64,000 nt of DNA, taken from contig CP154954.1 in NCBI GenBank assembly GCA_039621445.1, positions 49,579,847 through 49,643,846 on the forward strand, given 5' to 3'. Source of the stretch: Euglena gracilis (taxonomy: Eukaryota). A program made the translations under genes and the position numbers. This document shows positions 50,931-64,000 of this stretch, piece after piece. Below the pieces are notes generated by a model that did no database searches, was not told the DNA's origin, and worked only from the letters and a program-made list of their open reading frames with translations. Each line of letters opens with the position of its first letter. The stretch's first letter is position 1.

Positions 50931-53900
50931 CAGCATGTACATTAAGCTTTGTGAACGTTTGTCGGTACGGAATGATTGCATTGATTGAATCGCTTGCACT
51001 TCATCCAAGTTGGATCAGTGTTTGTGCATCATTTTTTTCATCGTTGCCTCAAAAATGGGAGTTTTCTCACAAAAATAATTTTTAGCCACCTGCCCACCCG
51101 CGGCGCTTGGCCCTTAAAAAAGCTCAGAAAGCTAGAAGGTGCAATTTCTGACTCTTTTTTTTTTAAGCTAGGAACACAGAGATTTTTTCCCCTTGAAAAG
51201 GTAAGAATGCAAAACAATTAAATTTTGTTGTGTTTTAAACTCATGCGAAAAACTCCACATCATCGTACCCCCTCGGACCATACGCACCGGAGCGGAACAA
51301 TGCTGCGACTTCTGGGTTTGGGGTCCGTGGGTTCCATGGGGGCCAATTTCACCCATCTCTCGCTTTCTGCTTTAAATTTTTGAAAAGTTCGCAAAATGCC
51401 GGTTCAACAAAAAAGCCCAAATTCCCAATGCGCACTCTAAAAAAAAGATGGCCACCACTAATTTTGCAAAAATGTGAGGAAACCTAAAACAGACTCCAAA
51501 AATACTTTTAACACCAAAAAAAATGTCCGGCCAGAAACTTCCCGACACTAAAAGAGCTCTTCCAGGTGCTCTCGGTATTTCCCGGAAAGCCAAGAGCAGG
51601 ACAAGAGGGACTGATGTTTCGAAGCACAAAGGCAAGGTGGGTATTGAGTAAGGAGGGCCAAGCGGCTGGAGAAACGAAGTTTTTTTTTAATCCAAACACC
51701 GCCCTCCGCCCAAAAACCCCAGGCTGCATAGCGAGCCCCTTCCTAGTCGCTCTTTTTTTACATAAAAAAATGGCTTCTGGGGGTAACTTTCTAAGGTTTT
51801 TCGCAAACGCAGCTTAAAACTGTCCAAAAAGTTTTGGCCGATCCACCAGTGGGGAGCCAAAGACCAAAGTTTCTAAAAGCAACTCGGTACCGATTTGAAA
51901 CTGAAGCAATTTCTATCCTGTCTTTCATTCAGAAACCGCGGCGCAAATTCTGGGGGCTCACTTTTTGGATCCATCCTATCGTACTCCCGCGAGGAAGTTC
52001 CTGCCCTCCCTCCAAAAGGGCCACTGTTGGTCCCTTTTCCTCCTGGGGCTGGGTCTTTGGTGAAAGGGCCACTGTTGGTCCCCTTTCCCCCCTTTTTTGG
52101 CAGAGGGCCTCTGTGGGTCCCCGGGGGATTTCTCCAGCAGCTGTGGGATGATGTCCCTTATCTTCTTGGTGGCCACTGTGGGTCCACCCTGCTGGCTTCC
52201 AAGGTCTCCATGTATAAATTTTCTTCCATAATCCATCTGTTGGTTCCCTGGGCCTTTCTTGGCCTCAAACCCCATTGGAAATCTGTGGGGGCTGCTGTGC
52301 CCCCCCCTTTTCCCCTTGAAAGGGGGCATTGTGTCAGATGAATTCGGGGGTTGGACAGACCTTTTCTGCCCCTTCCTGAGGGGCTTTGCTTGTAAAACTG
52401 GCCCCCGTGGCCCCTGTAGTGGTGACCACCTTGGCCTTGATTACATCTCCCCATCCAATTTGTGTATAGGCGACTGGGCGCCTTTGGGGGAGATGCCCCT
52501 GATGCGTCGGCTTTGGTTGTCCAATTATGAAACATTTTGGGCCCCCATGGCCCCTCCTTTGCCCATCAAGGGCTGGGGCTGACTTCCATCTTCTTGGTCT
52601 TCTGGCCACAGTGGTCTAAGGACCGTGGCCGTCACTGGGGGGGGGGGGGGGGGGCTGGGAAAATTTATGGGGTGGGGGTCTGGGGGGGAAGAACGGCCAC
52701 GTTTTCCACGTGTTGACCGCATCCCCAAGGGCTCCAGCTGCTGAGGCCACTGCTCCAGGACGTCCGCGGCCAAAAAATTCCAATCTCCATTGCCAATTGG
52801 TATTGGCGTCTTTTCTCGGCTCTTCTTCGTTTGTGAACTCTGTTCCTGTCTTCTTGGTTTCGAAGGGAAAGTTAGGAGTCAGCCAACTCCGGCGAAAAAG
52901 GCACTGAGCAGGGGCTCCTAACCCAGCGCCCCAAAACAATCGCAACAAACCGCCGGCGAGCAGGGCATTGCCTCACAAAGGCAAAGTGCGGAGCCCAAGG
53001 TGTCTGGCGCAATGGCTTTTTTTCCTTGGCACCGAAAATTTTTATTGTCCTGTCGGTGCTACGTTTGGGAAACATTGTCAGTTTTTTTTGTCGCAAATCA
53101 AAGAGACGGAAAATAGCTGAAATTAATTGGCGCAAGCTCCCCCGACACCTTTCCCCATTCCGCCAGCGACAACTCAAGCGTGCGGCAAAAGGTCGGGGAT
53201 GGTCAATATATTTGTGGGGGGGAATGCAAAAAATGCGCAGAACACTGCCAATTGTGCGAAAAAATTGATTTTTTGACCCCCAAACTCCTACCTGACTCAT
53301 TCTTGCCCTCTTTTTGGGCCATTTTTGCCCCCCTCCAAAATCCAACTTTCCGTCGCCGTCTGGCTGTTTTTTTTTTTTAAACCAACCCCGTGCCCTTGAG
53401 TGGGAAGGCAGGCACTACCCCCCCCGGGGGGGTTGGATTTCAGCCTGTGCCCAGGAACTTAAAAGGCAATTTTACTTGAAAATGAGCCTTTTTTGAGTCT
53501 TGCCGGAGTGCCTGCCAGGCACTCTTTTTCGAATGCCCTATGCCCTTAGTTGCACAAGGCTTCTTGTCTGTTTATGGCCGGCGCTAACTACGCGGGTTGG
53601 ATTTTTGTGCCTTGGAGTGCCTGCCCAGGCACCCGACTTAAAAAAAAACAGCCTGGTCACCGTCGCGCCGGCCCAGGGACCCCCCGGGGGGATAGCCCTT
53701 CGGTTTATGCGACGCCCTGGCAAGTTCATATGCACCCCCCTACTGCCGGAGATGTGAAATATGAAACATCAAACACCAAAATGGTCAGCTCGTGCATATC
53801 GTGATTGAATGAAGACTGCTGGAAAGAAAGCAAGGCACCGTTCCACAGGAGAGAAATGGCCAAAAGGATCTCTGAAGCGAGAATTCACAACAGTGCTAAT

Positions 53901-56900
53901 ACCCACAATGTTTCCCTCCTCGTCTGATTGTCCCTCCCACCTTCCTCCGGAACCCCCGACTGGAAAATAAGGGGGTATGATATCAAAAGCTGAAGGTTGG
54001 GCTGAAAACCCTTCAACAAGCCGGGGCCCAGGGACAAGGGGGGGGATGCAAAAAAAGCAAATTCTCAAGATTTTGAATTATGCAAATTATTCAACTTGCA
54101 CATCCTCCCGTCGAAGTCTGTGTTCCTAAACACAGGCTTTGGCGTGCCAAAGCTTGGTTTAAGAAACACAGACTTTGACAAAAGCATACCAGGGATGTCC
54201 GGGATGGGAATCAGGCTTCTTTGGCTTCTTTAACCTGGAGGAAAGTCACACTTTTTTTTTCACCACTGCTTCTGCTTCCTGCCATTCTACTTCCACCATG
54301 GGCTGCCATGTCCAGGCTGGCTCAGCAACCTGGGGGCGACCTCATGCCTTCCCCCCCCTTGTCCTTGACACGCAAAAATACCGGGGAGAGTGCGGTTGAC
54401 ACGGGGGGGGGGGGGGGGGGCATAGACCAGCCGCGTCAAGGACAAAGGGGGGGTAATACCAGCACAAATGCACTCACATTCTTCCGTGCTTTTCAACAAA
54501 AAGACCCAATATTCTGAAGGGACGTTGCCAACAAGGACAGTCTCAATAGTGGTACAAAAGCAGAATGGGATCGATGGGTCAGAAAGAGTCAGTCAATTTC
54601 CTCTCAACGGGTTACAACTGATGCTCCATAAAAGCGGGAATCCACCTTTCCATCAGCTGCATCAAGGATTTGCGCCTCAGTAGGGGTCTTTACGGCAACT
54701 GTGGGTCTCAAAAACTCATTCTGGAAGCTGGTGATACCACGATACGTTGGGGATGCAGGAAAGATCGTCCTTCCAACACTCCCAGTCTGAGGAATCACTG
54801 AAAAAATGTCAATGAAGCTTTTCATGTCAGCCCCCATGAATGGGTTTATCAACGATGTGGGCCAATACCCCTCCAAACCCACTCTATGTCAAGAACTGGG
54901 CCAAGGGTCAGGGGGGAGCCCGGGTGTGGGGACCGCGGCGCCAAAGGCGCCAACTGTCTATTTAAGACTTTTTACGTCTCGAAATCGGCCCAAACACAGT
55001 TTCACAATGGGTATTCCTTTGCCCCTCACCGACCAGTCGATTGACTGGCCAGTCCCCCATTCTAAATCGGCGAGCCACAAGGTTCCTCAAAATATGCAAT
55101 GCAAAAAAATGCAAAAAAATGCAAAAAAAATGCACCCCCAGGACTTTTTCTGCTAGAGAGGTCTGCTGGAGAAATTTGCCTATACAAATGCCCCAAAAAA
55201 TCGGAAAGGGAAAATATGCAAAAAAATGAAAAAATGAATTCTCACTTTGAATCTGTCATTATTCAAAAAAAATGAAAATTATGCAAAAAAATGCAAATTT
55301 TCAAGATTTTGGACAATGCAAAAAAATGCCATTATGCAACTTGCATATCCCCCCTCCCCCTCCTCTGCGGGGGCAAAAAAATTTTCCAGTGCTTTGCACC
55401 AGGAGTGTATTTTAGGTCTTTTTTTTGAGGCTCAACCTGAAATTTTGGCAAAGTGGCCAAGAATGACCATAAATCGGGACAGGTTAGATAGGGCATTTTA
55501 AGGGCTTCAATTTAGGTATTGGACAGTTCTTTTGACTAGGTCGGCCCGACCACTGGAGGTCGGGCCAACTAGCCAATGAACCGCATTACCCCCCCCCTCC
55601 CTTTTTCAAAATTTTCAAAGGAATTTTGACTATAGGTCGGTATAGGTCGGGCCGACCATGGTCGGCCCGACCTGTTTGTTACCGACCATTATGGTCGGCC
55701 CGACCATTTGGAGGTCGGGCCGACCATATGGTCGGCAGAAACGACCTCCATGGTTTTTCCATTTCAGAAGCATAAAAACCCTTGGCCAAACCCTGTGGAA
55801 CATACAGATGGGCTATTTACCTACCTGGGTGCACACAAAAGGAGTTTGTTGGGGGGCGTGTTTTGGCCATCCTTGCCTTGCACACACAAGGGGATTTTGT
55901 TATTTTAGGCGGGGGGGGTCCGGGGGGGGGAGGGCAGCCCCCCCGGAGGAGGCTGTAGGCCGACTAAGTTAGCACAAAGGGAGTTTGTTGGGGGGCGCGT
56001 TTTGGCCATCCTTGCCTTGCACACACAAGGGGATTTTGTTGTTTTAGGCGGGGGTCCGGGGGGCGGCAGCCCCCCCGGAGGAGGCCGTAGGCCGACTAAG
56101 TTCGCGTTTTTCATTTTCTTTTTCCATATGGGATGCTTTTTGACAGTTCCAAGGTGATTCCAATGTGTTTCCATCCTTTTTGAGTCAAATTTGCCGAATC
56201 AAATTTTGAGGGGGGGGGGGGGGTTTAAATTTCCAAAAAAGGGGGGGTAATGCAAATGATTGGAGGTCGGGCCGACCTGGTCGGCCCGACCTCCAATGGT
56301 CGATAGGCCATAGCCAATGGTCGGCCCGACCTAGGTCGGTCTGACCATGGTCGGTACGACCTCCGGGATCGTCATAGCCAATTATCCACACGGAGCCGTT
56401 GAGCAACAAATGGGATTTGGACGCCATCAGACAGGGGGGATATGCAACAAGGCTCGGCCCCAAACATTGGACAGGGGGTACTGGCTCGATCATGTAGTCG
56501 ATCGACTAGCAGTTGCCCTATCGACTGGTCGATCGACTAGTCGATCGACTAACCGGTTCAGGGGTGGGGGTCACGTCGGGTCATCTAGGGTCGGCCCACA
56601 AGGGGTTGACCCTAGGCAACCCTAGGCACCGTGGGTTGGTCTGAAAGGTCGGCCCACAACCCCCCCCCCCAGAGACAGATCTACCGGCTCCGTGCGGATG
56701 ATTGGCTATGACAATCCCGGAGGTCGGGCCTACCATGGTCTGGCCGACCTAGGTCGGGCACACCATTGGCCATGGCTTATCGACCGTTGGCCATGACACA
56801 TCAGCCATTGGGGGTTGGGCCGACCAGGTCGGCCCAACCTCCAATCAACCGCATCACCCCCATTTTTTTTCTTCAAATTTAAGGCTCTGTGCGGATGATT

Positions 56901-58940
56901 GGCCATGACGATCCCGGAGGTCAGACCGGGCCGGCCATTGGTATTGGCTTATCGACCATTGGAGGTCGGGCCGACCAGGTCGGCCCGACCTCCCCCCCAA
57001 TTTTTTAAAAACGTGTTCAGCCCGCCAAATGGCTGCCCTGAAATTTGTGGTCATGAACACGTTTTCCATTAGGGCATCTGTGGCAATGACACGTTTTCCA
57101 TTAAGGCATCTGTGGCAATGACACGTTTTCCATTAGGGCATCTGTGGCAATGACACGTTTTCCATTAAGGCATCTGTGGCAATGACACGTTTTCCATTAG
57201 GGCATCTGTGGCAATGGCACGTTTTCCATTAGGGCATCTGTGGCAATCACGCGTCGTCCGAAATCATCCGAAAATGCACAAATCGATCGACGATCGCGAG
57301 CGGATCTCTGGCTGTGAAAGCTTTTCAGGTACAAACTCACCCCTCGATCGAAAGCTCTTTTCATCAGACGACTAGTGGTCTCTTTTCATCAGATGACTAG
57401 TGGTGACGACCAAATTCAGCCACGCCGCTTGGTGCTCTTATTTCCGGTCACTGGGAAATCTTAATTTCACAATTCTTGTACCTCCCTAGACCCCAGATGT
57501 CCTCGATTTGAAGACAAAATTTGTTTCTGTGTGGTTCATTAAGCATTTTAAACCAAGCAGCACCCAAAACCACCACAAATTTCGACAAAGATTCTGGCCG
57601 ATCCGACGATTGGGAGCGTATCTCGGGCTTCGTACAACGTTAGGGTACCAAGTTACCCCTCGATTGAAAGCTCTTTTCAACAGACGGCCAGTGGTGGTCA
57701 TCAGATTTTTCCACGCTTCACGGTGCTCACAAAGTTTGCCGTGCGTTTAGGTATGGGGGGAGGGGTACCATGTTTTCCATTAGGGCATCTGTGGCAATGA
57801 CACGTTTTCCATTAAGGCATCTGTGGCAATGACACGTTTTCCATTAAGGCATCTGTGGTAAGGCACGTTTTCCATTAGGGCATCTTTTTTTCGGTCCGAA
57901 TTTCACATTTTCGCGTTTTTGACCCCTTGCGTGAATCATGACCACGAATTTCAGGGCAGGCATTTGGCGGGCTCTGAACACGTTTTTAAACAAATTGTGG
58001 CTGAGCCCAGATTTCAGCCTGAAAACGTGTTCAGGGGGCCCCCTTCGGGGGACCACTCCTGAACACGTTTTCAGGCTGAAATCTGGGCTCAGCCACAATT
58101 TGTGTTTAGAAATTTAAGTCCCCCCCCGAAATTTGATTCAGTAAATATAACTCAAAAATGCACGGAAACACATTGGAATAACCTTGAAACTGTCAAAAAA
58201 CATCCCATATTTCAAAAAAAAAAAGAAAAAGGATGGCCAAAGCGCGCTCCCTAATGTACTTACCATCCCCCCCCCCCATTATGTACCCCCCCCCGGGAGG
58301 CTGAAACGGGGGGGGGGGGGGGTACATAATGGGGGGGAGGTCCCTAAGCCCATCCCTAATCCTTACTGTACTACAAAAAAGGGGTGGCGGACGCCGGTTC
58401 TGTCCTGAACCCGGCGTCCGGGGACGCCGGGTTCAGGACAGAACCGGCGTCCGCCCCCCCTGTTTAAAGCGGCGTTTTAGAGACGCCAGGTTCAGGACCG
58501 AACCGGCGTTCACCTCCTTCTGGCCAGGGAGCAGCACTTAGAAATACGTTCACTAGCGTTCCCCTTTAGTCCCATGGGGGAACAGCCAAAACGTCCCAAA
58601 GCAAATTCTGAAAAAAAAACCAGAGGATTCAAACATAAAATCTCTGAAACTCTAAAAAAGCCATGGGGGTTCCAGCCGTATTCCCCAACCGTATTTCTGA
58701 CAGAAAAAAACCCAGCCAAAATTTCCCAACCGTGATAATAAACCCAGCGAGGTCCAACCACAGTTTCCCCTGTCTGAAACAACCCAGGGGCTCCAGCCAA
58801 CATTTACCAGCCGCAATTCTGAAAAACGCACGGGGGGTTCCAGCCAGCATTTAACAACCGTATTTCTAAAAACCCCAGGGGGGTCCAGCCAACATTTCCC
58901 AACCGTAATTCTAAGAAAAAACCCAGGGGTGGGCAGTCAA

Positions 58941-60069
58941 GGCCCCGGGCGGATGATTGGCTATGACGATCCTGGAGGTCGTACCGACCATGGTCGGCCC
59001 GACCATTGGTCGGCCCGACCATGGTCGGGCCGACCTAGGTCGGGCCGACCACTGGAGGTCGGGCCGACTAGCCAATGAACCGCATTACCCCCCCCCCCGT
59101 TTTCAAAATTTTCAAAGGAATTTTGACTATAGGTCGGTAAAGGTCGGGCCGACCATGGTCGGCCCGACCTGTTTGTTACCGACCATTATGGTCGGCCCGA
59201 CCATTTGGAGGGCGGGCCGACCATATGGTCGGCAGAAACGACCTCCATGGTTTTCCATTTCAGAAGCATAAAAACCCTTGGCCAAACCCTGCGGAACATA
59301 CAGATGGGCTATTTTACCTACCTGGGTGCACACAAAAGGAGTTTGTTGGGGGGCGCGTTTCGGCCATCCTTGCCATGCACACACAAGGGGATTTTGTTAT
59401 CTTAGCAGGGGGGGTCCGGGGGGGGGGGGCGGCAGCCCCCCCCCCCCCACACCGGAGGAGTCCGTAGGCTGACTAAGTTAACACAAAGGGAGTTTGTTGG
59501 GGGGTGCGTTTTGGCCATCCTTGTCTTGCACACACAAGGGGATTTTGTTATCTTAGCGGGGGGGGTCCGGGGGGGGCGGCAGCCCCCCCCCGGAGGAGGC
59601 CGTAGGCCGACTAAGTTAGCACAAAGGGAGTTTGTTGGGGGGCGCGTTTTTTGGCCATCCTTGCCTTGCACACACAAGGGGATTTTGTTATCTTAGCGGG
59701 GGGGGTCCGGGGGGGGGATTCTCCCCCCTCCGGAGTAAGCCGAAGGCCAACTAGGTTAGCACAAAGGGGGTCCGGGGGGCGCGTTTTTCATTTTTTTTCC
59801 ATATGGGATGTTTTTTGACAGTTTATAGGTGATTCCAATGTGTTTCCATCCTTTTTGAGTCAAATTTGCCGAACCAAATTTTGAGGGGGGGGGGCTTAAA
59901 TTTCCAAAAAAGGGGGGGGTAATGCGGTTGATTGGAGGTCGGGCCGACCTGGTCGGCCCGACCTCCAATGGTCGATAGGCCATAGCCAATGGTCGGCCCG
60001 ACCTAGGTCGGCCCGACCATGGTCGGTACGACCTCCGGGATCGTCATAGCCAATCATCCGCACGGAGCC
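58941..60069. mobile_element. 1129-bp Mutator-like non-autonomous element with ~55-bp TIRs and 9-bp TSD GGCAGTCAA (GTCGGCCCGACC family)
   Basis: ggccccgggcggatgattggctatgacgatcctggaggtcgtaccgaccatgg / ccatggtcggtacgacctccgggatcgtcatagccaatcatccgcacggagcc; TSD at 58932-58940 and 60070-60078; truncated relatives at ~29840-30148 and 30436-31297. Confidence 0.9.
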
Positions 60070-60628
60070 GGCAGTCAACATTAAACCGAATTTTTGAAAT
60101 AACCCAGGGCGGGTCCAGCCAAAATTTCCCTGCCGTATGTCTGAAAAAACCCAGGGGGGGTCCACCCAAAACTCCCAACCGTACTTCTGAAAAAATCCAG
60201 TGGGGTCCAACCAAAATTTCTGTAATGTGTCTCCTTGCCGGCAATATGTTTTGCCCTGTAATCAGTGCAGCTGTAGCAACCTGTATGCCTAGCAATCCTC
60301 CCCCCAACCTCAGAAACTGCAAAACGCTTGCCGTCAGTCATCCATGATATTTTGCACTCAGCAATTGTGCCTTTTATCCCCTTTCATCCAAGGAGATTTT
60401 TGTTTCTGGGGTCACATTGGCACACTTTTTTTTACACAAAATACAGTCCCAAACCGGACGCCGGGTTTTGGACAGAACCGGCGTTCCTAACGCCGGGTTT
60501 TAGGACAGAACCGGCGTCCGGAAAACCCGTGGGGGGGGACGCCGGTTCTGTCCTGAACCCGGCGTCTCAAACGCCGGTTTTAACCTAACCCTAACCCTAA
60601 CTGTATCCCTAAGCACCTATGAACTGAT

Positions 60629-60773
60629 TGTGGCGTGACTGGGGCGTGACTGTGGCGTGACTGTGGCGTGACTGTGGTGTGACTGGGGCGTGACTGGGGC
60701 GTGACTGTGGTGTGACTGGGGCGTGACTGGGCGTGACTGGGGCGTGACTGGGGCGTGACTGTGGTGTGACTGG
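60629..60773. repeat. 11-bp minisatellite (GGCGTGACTG[G/T])n within the telomere-like tract, right arm only
   Basis: ~13 units; absent from the mirror position at ~27965. Confidence 0.9.
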
Positions 60774-63700
60774 CACCCTAACCCTAACCCTGACCCTAAC
60801 CCTAACCGCATCCCTGACCCTATCCCCAACCCCAACCCTAACCCTAACCGTATCCCTGAACATATCCCTTACCCAAACCGTATACCTCACCCTTACCCAA
60901 ACCGTATCCTTAACCCTAACCCCAACCGTATCCCCAACCCTAACCATATCCCTAACCCTAGCCTTATCCCCAACCCTATCCCTAACCCTAACCCTAACCC
61001 TGACCCTGACCCTAACCCTAACCATAACCCCAACCGTATCCCTAACGGTTTTGAATTTTTTACAAAAATGGGACGTTTTTTTGACAGTTTTGAGGTCATT
61101 CCAATGTGTTTACGTGCATTTTCAGCCAAATTAAGAGCATCAAATTTTGAGGGGGGGCATAACTTTCAAAAAGGGGGGGCAATGCAGCATTGGAGGTCAG
61201 GCCGACGGCCCGACCTCCGGAATCGTCATGGCCAATCATCCGCCTGGCCCAAATTTAAGCCCCCCCCCCCCACCGAAAATTTGATTCAGTAAATTTGACT
61301 CAAAATGCGCGGAAACACATTGAAACCGTGTATTGGGGCTCTGGCTTCACGCCCGAACCGGCGTTCTGGACGCCGGTTCGGCGCAGAAATTTTTGCGCCG
61401 AACCGGCGTTCCAGAACGCCGGTTCGGGCGGGAAGACGACGGCGTCCAGGGGACCCAAAATAAAAAGTGCCAAAAAGTGTCCAAAATGGTTAGTAGACAT
61501 GTGGTAATCACATCTGAGCAGTTTTTGGGGGGTATTTGGCCAGATATGGGGGTATTTTGTGCAACAATTTCCATTTGGCCAAATTTGGGGAATTTTTGAA
61601 ATAGAGTACCATGCAGCACGGCTGAAATCTAAGGCCATCTGCTGAAAGCCCTTGAGAAGAGCTTTCGATCGATGGGCAACATGGCTGGTGAAACATAGGA
61701 ATTTCGACTTTGCAAACAGGGTCGGAAAATGCGATCGCCGATTTTCAGAGTGCTCTGCAGTGTAGCTGAGTTCTGAGGGTACCAAATGAAAGGTCTTGGT
61801 GAGAGCTTTCAATTGATATGCTGTATGGCACCTGAGGTGTGGGATTTCACAAATTAGGACATCAAATTTTGGAATGCACGATCGCTGAAAATAAGCGCTG
61901 GATGCATAATGGCTGAATCCTGTGGCCATCTGCCAAAAGCCCTTGAGAAGGGCTTTCGATCGATGGGTAACATGGCACCAGACGTGTGAAAACTTCAATC
62001 GGCCAGTCGACATGGCCCTTCGCCCAAAGGAGCCCAAAAATGCTCCAAAATGTTCGAAAAATGGGTATTTAGGCCGAAATTGGCCTGGATTCCTTGAACG
62101 CCGGTTCGGGCGTGAAGCCAGAGCCCCTAATCCACGGTTTCAACAACTGTGTCCAGAACGCCGGTTCGGGCGTGAAGCCGTGTTCCAGAACGCCAGTTCG
62201 GGCTGCTGCCCGAACCGGCGTTCTGGAACACGGCTTCACGCCCGAACCGGCGTTCTGGACACAGTTTTCGTATCAGAATTGACCTTGAAACTGTCAAAAA
62301 AAAGTCACATATTCAAAAAAAGGAGAAAGGATTGCCAAAACCCACACCATGATGAACTTAGTCGGCCTGCGGCCTCCTGGGGGGGGACCCCCCCCTAAAA
62401 TAACAAAATCCCTTTGTGTGTACAAGGCAAGGATGGCCAAAACACACACCCTGATGAACTTGATGAAGGTGTTTGGTAGGTACCATCCCCCCCCCATTAA
62501 CCTCCCCCCGGGAGGCCGAAATTGGGGGGGAGGTACACAATGGGGGGAGGTACACAATGGGGGGGGTACCCAGGTCCCATTCCCAGACCCGACCGAACAG
62601 TCCAAAAGGGGTCATTTTTGGCAACTTTTTGGATGTTTGCAATAAATGGTCAATTTTCAGCACATTTGCCAAATATCACTTTTTGAAAACGTCCCAAAAA
62701 CGTCGATTTTTGAGCATTTTTTGGGAAATTCTTTAGAAAAAGTGTTATGACAGTGAGCTACCATCCCCCCCCCATTATGTACCCCCCAGGGGGTACATAA
62801 TGGGGGGGGGTACATAATGGGGGGGGGGATGGTAACATAGCCCCTCTGTATGTTCCACAGGTTTGGCCAAAGAGTTTGTATGCTTCTTTGAAATGGGAAA
62901 CCATGGAGGTCGTTTCTACTGACCACATTGGTTGTTACCGACCACTGGGTCACGGTACTGAAAAAAACACCAAAATAAACCAGCTCGGGGGGGGGGGGGG
63001 GGCAAGGTTCCCGAGCTATTTCCTTTCCCCAAACTCGGACAGCCCAAAAGTGGTTCTTTCTGGCTACTTTGAGTTGTTTGAAAGACATCATGAAAAAGTG
63101 CTTTGGCAGTGAACTATTCTTGTCCCCCCACATGGAACAAAGTGGCACAGTCGCAAACCAGTCAAAAAGGGGGTTGTATGTGGGCCAGCCGGATGTGGGG
63201 CTCTAGGCGGTAGACTGGGGGGGGGGGTCCTGGGTGGTCGGCCGACTAGTCGGCCGACCACCCAATTGGTCGGCCGACTAGGCCTGGTCGGCAGCTAGTG
63301 GCCCCGGGCGGAATATTGGCCATGCTAGTTCTGGAGGTCGGGCCGACCTATGGTCGGCCCGACCATGGTCGGACCGACCTCTGGAGGTCGACAGAAATGG
63401 CCACTGTACCGCATTACCCCCCCCCTTTTTCAAAGGACTTTTGACTATAGGTCGGGCCGACCTGGTCGGGCCGACCTGTTTGGGTTACCGACCATATGGT
63501 CGGCCCGACCAATTGGAGGTCGGGCCGACCACATGGTCGATAGAAACGACCTCAATGGTTTTCCTTTTCAAAAGCATCCAAAACCTTGGCCAAACCCTGT
63601 GGAGCATAAAAAGCGCAATTTTAGCACAAAAAGAATTCCTGATGGCATCAACCTATGGTAAAAAGGAATTTCTGACGTTATTTGAAGGAGTAGGGTTAGG

Positions 63701-64000
63701 GTTACGACTCTTATCCAAACAGCAGAACATTTCCCGCTCAACGTTGTTAGATTGGTCTCTACAGGTACCCAGCGAACCCAAAGAGCCGCCCAACTAGGGT
63801 TAAAAACATGGGGGGACCCGAGCGAGGCGCCAAAGGCGCCGAGCGAGGGTCCCCCCATGTGTATTAACCCTAGTTGGGCGGCTCTTTGGGGTAGCTGGTA
63901 CCTTGTAGGGGCCAATTTATCACGTTTCTGAACAGCCGGCTACAAACATCACAAATTTTTCTGGCCTCAAAGAAGATACTTGTTTTGGCCATCATTGCCT

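Larger units (their letters stand above)
44263..64000 (-). repeat. Right arm of the giant inverted duplication (runs off the window end)
   Basis: Reverse complement of 24734-41297 plus three arm-specific blocks (48974-50272, ~58622-60367, 60611-60773) and scattered SNPs and homopolymer differences. Confidence 0.97.

Overview
Eukaryotic nuclear DNA, most likely from a euglenid (Euglena-like). The basis is non-GT-AG introns with terminal stems, likely trans-splice acceptors and TTAGGG-type repeats; the taxon is inferred, not verified. Three intron-rich genes can be rebuilt by hand. (1) An 11-exon SPFH/band-7 HIR-like gene (1919-13779, +, 279 aa); nine of its ten introns are not GT-AG. (2) A J-domain gene starting at 17175 (+), followed by two copies of an unrecognised ~50-aa module. 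(3) A mitochondrial-carrier-family gene (+, ~43380-50930). From 24734 to the end, the window is one giant inverted duplication: left arm 24734-41297, 2965-bp spacer, right arm 44263 to at least 64000. The left arm holds a 5'-truncated mirror copy of the carrier gene, and the putative upstream exon(s) lie only in the spacer. Introns and intergenic DNA are packed with nested non-autonomous DNA transposons (8- and 9-bp TSDs, hAT and pogo-like remnants), microsatellites, minisatellites and interstitial telomere-like tracts. The nonconventional introns share one pairing register (+1 opposite -3) with compensatory changes. One has an 11-bp TSD-like flank and another shares terminal sequence with a dispersed repeat, suggesting intron-generating mobile elements. 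All splice sites are manual inferences without transcript data.
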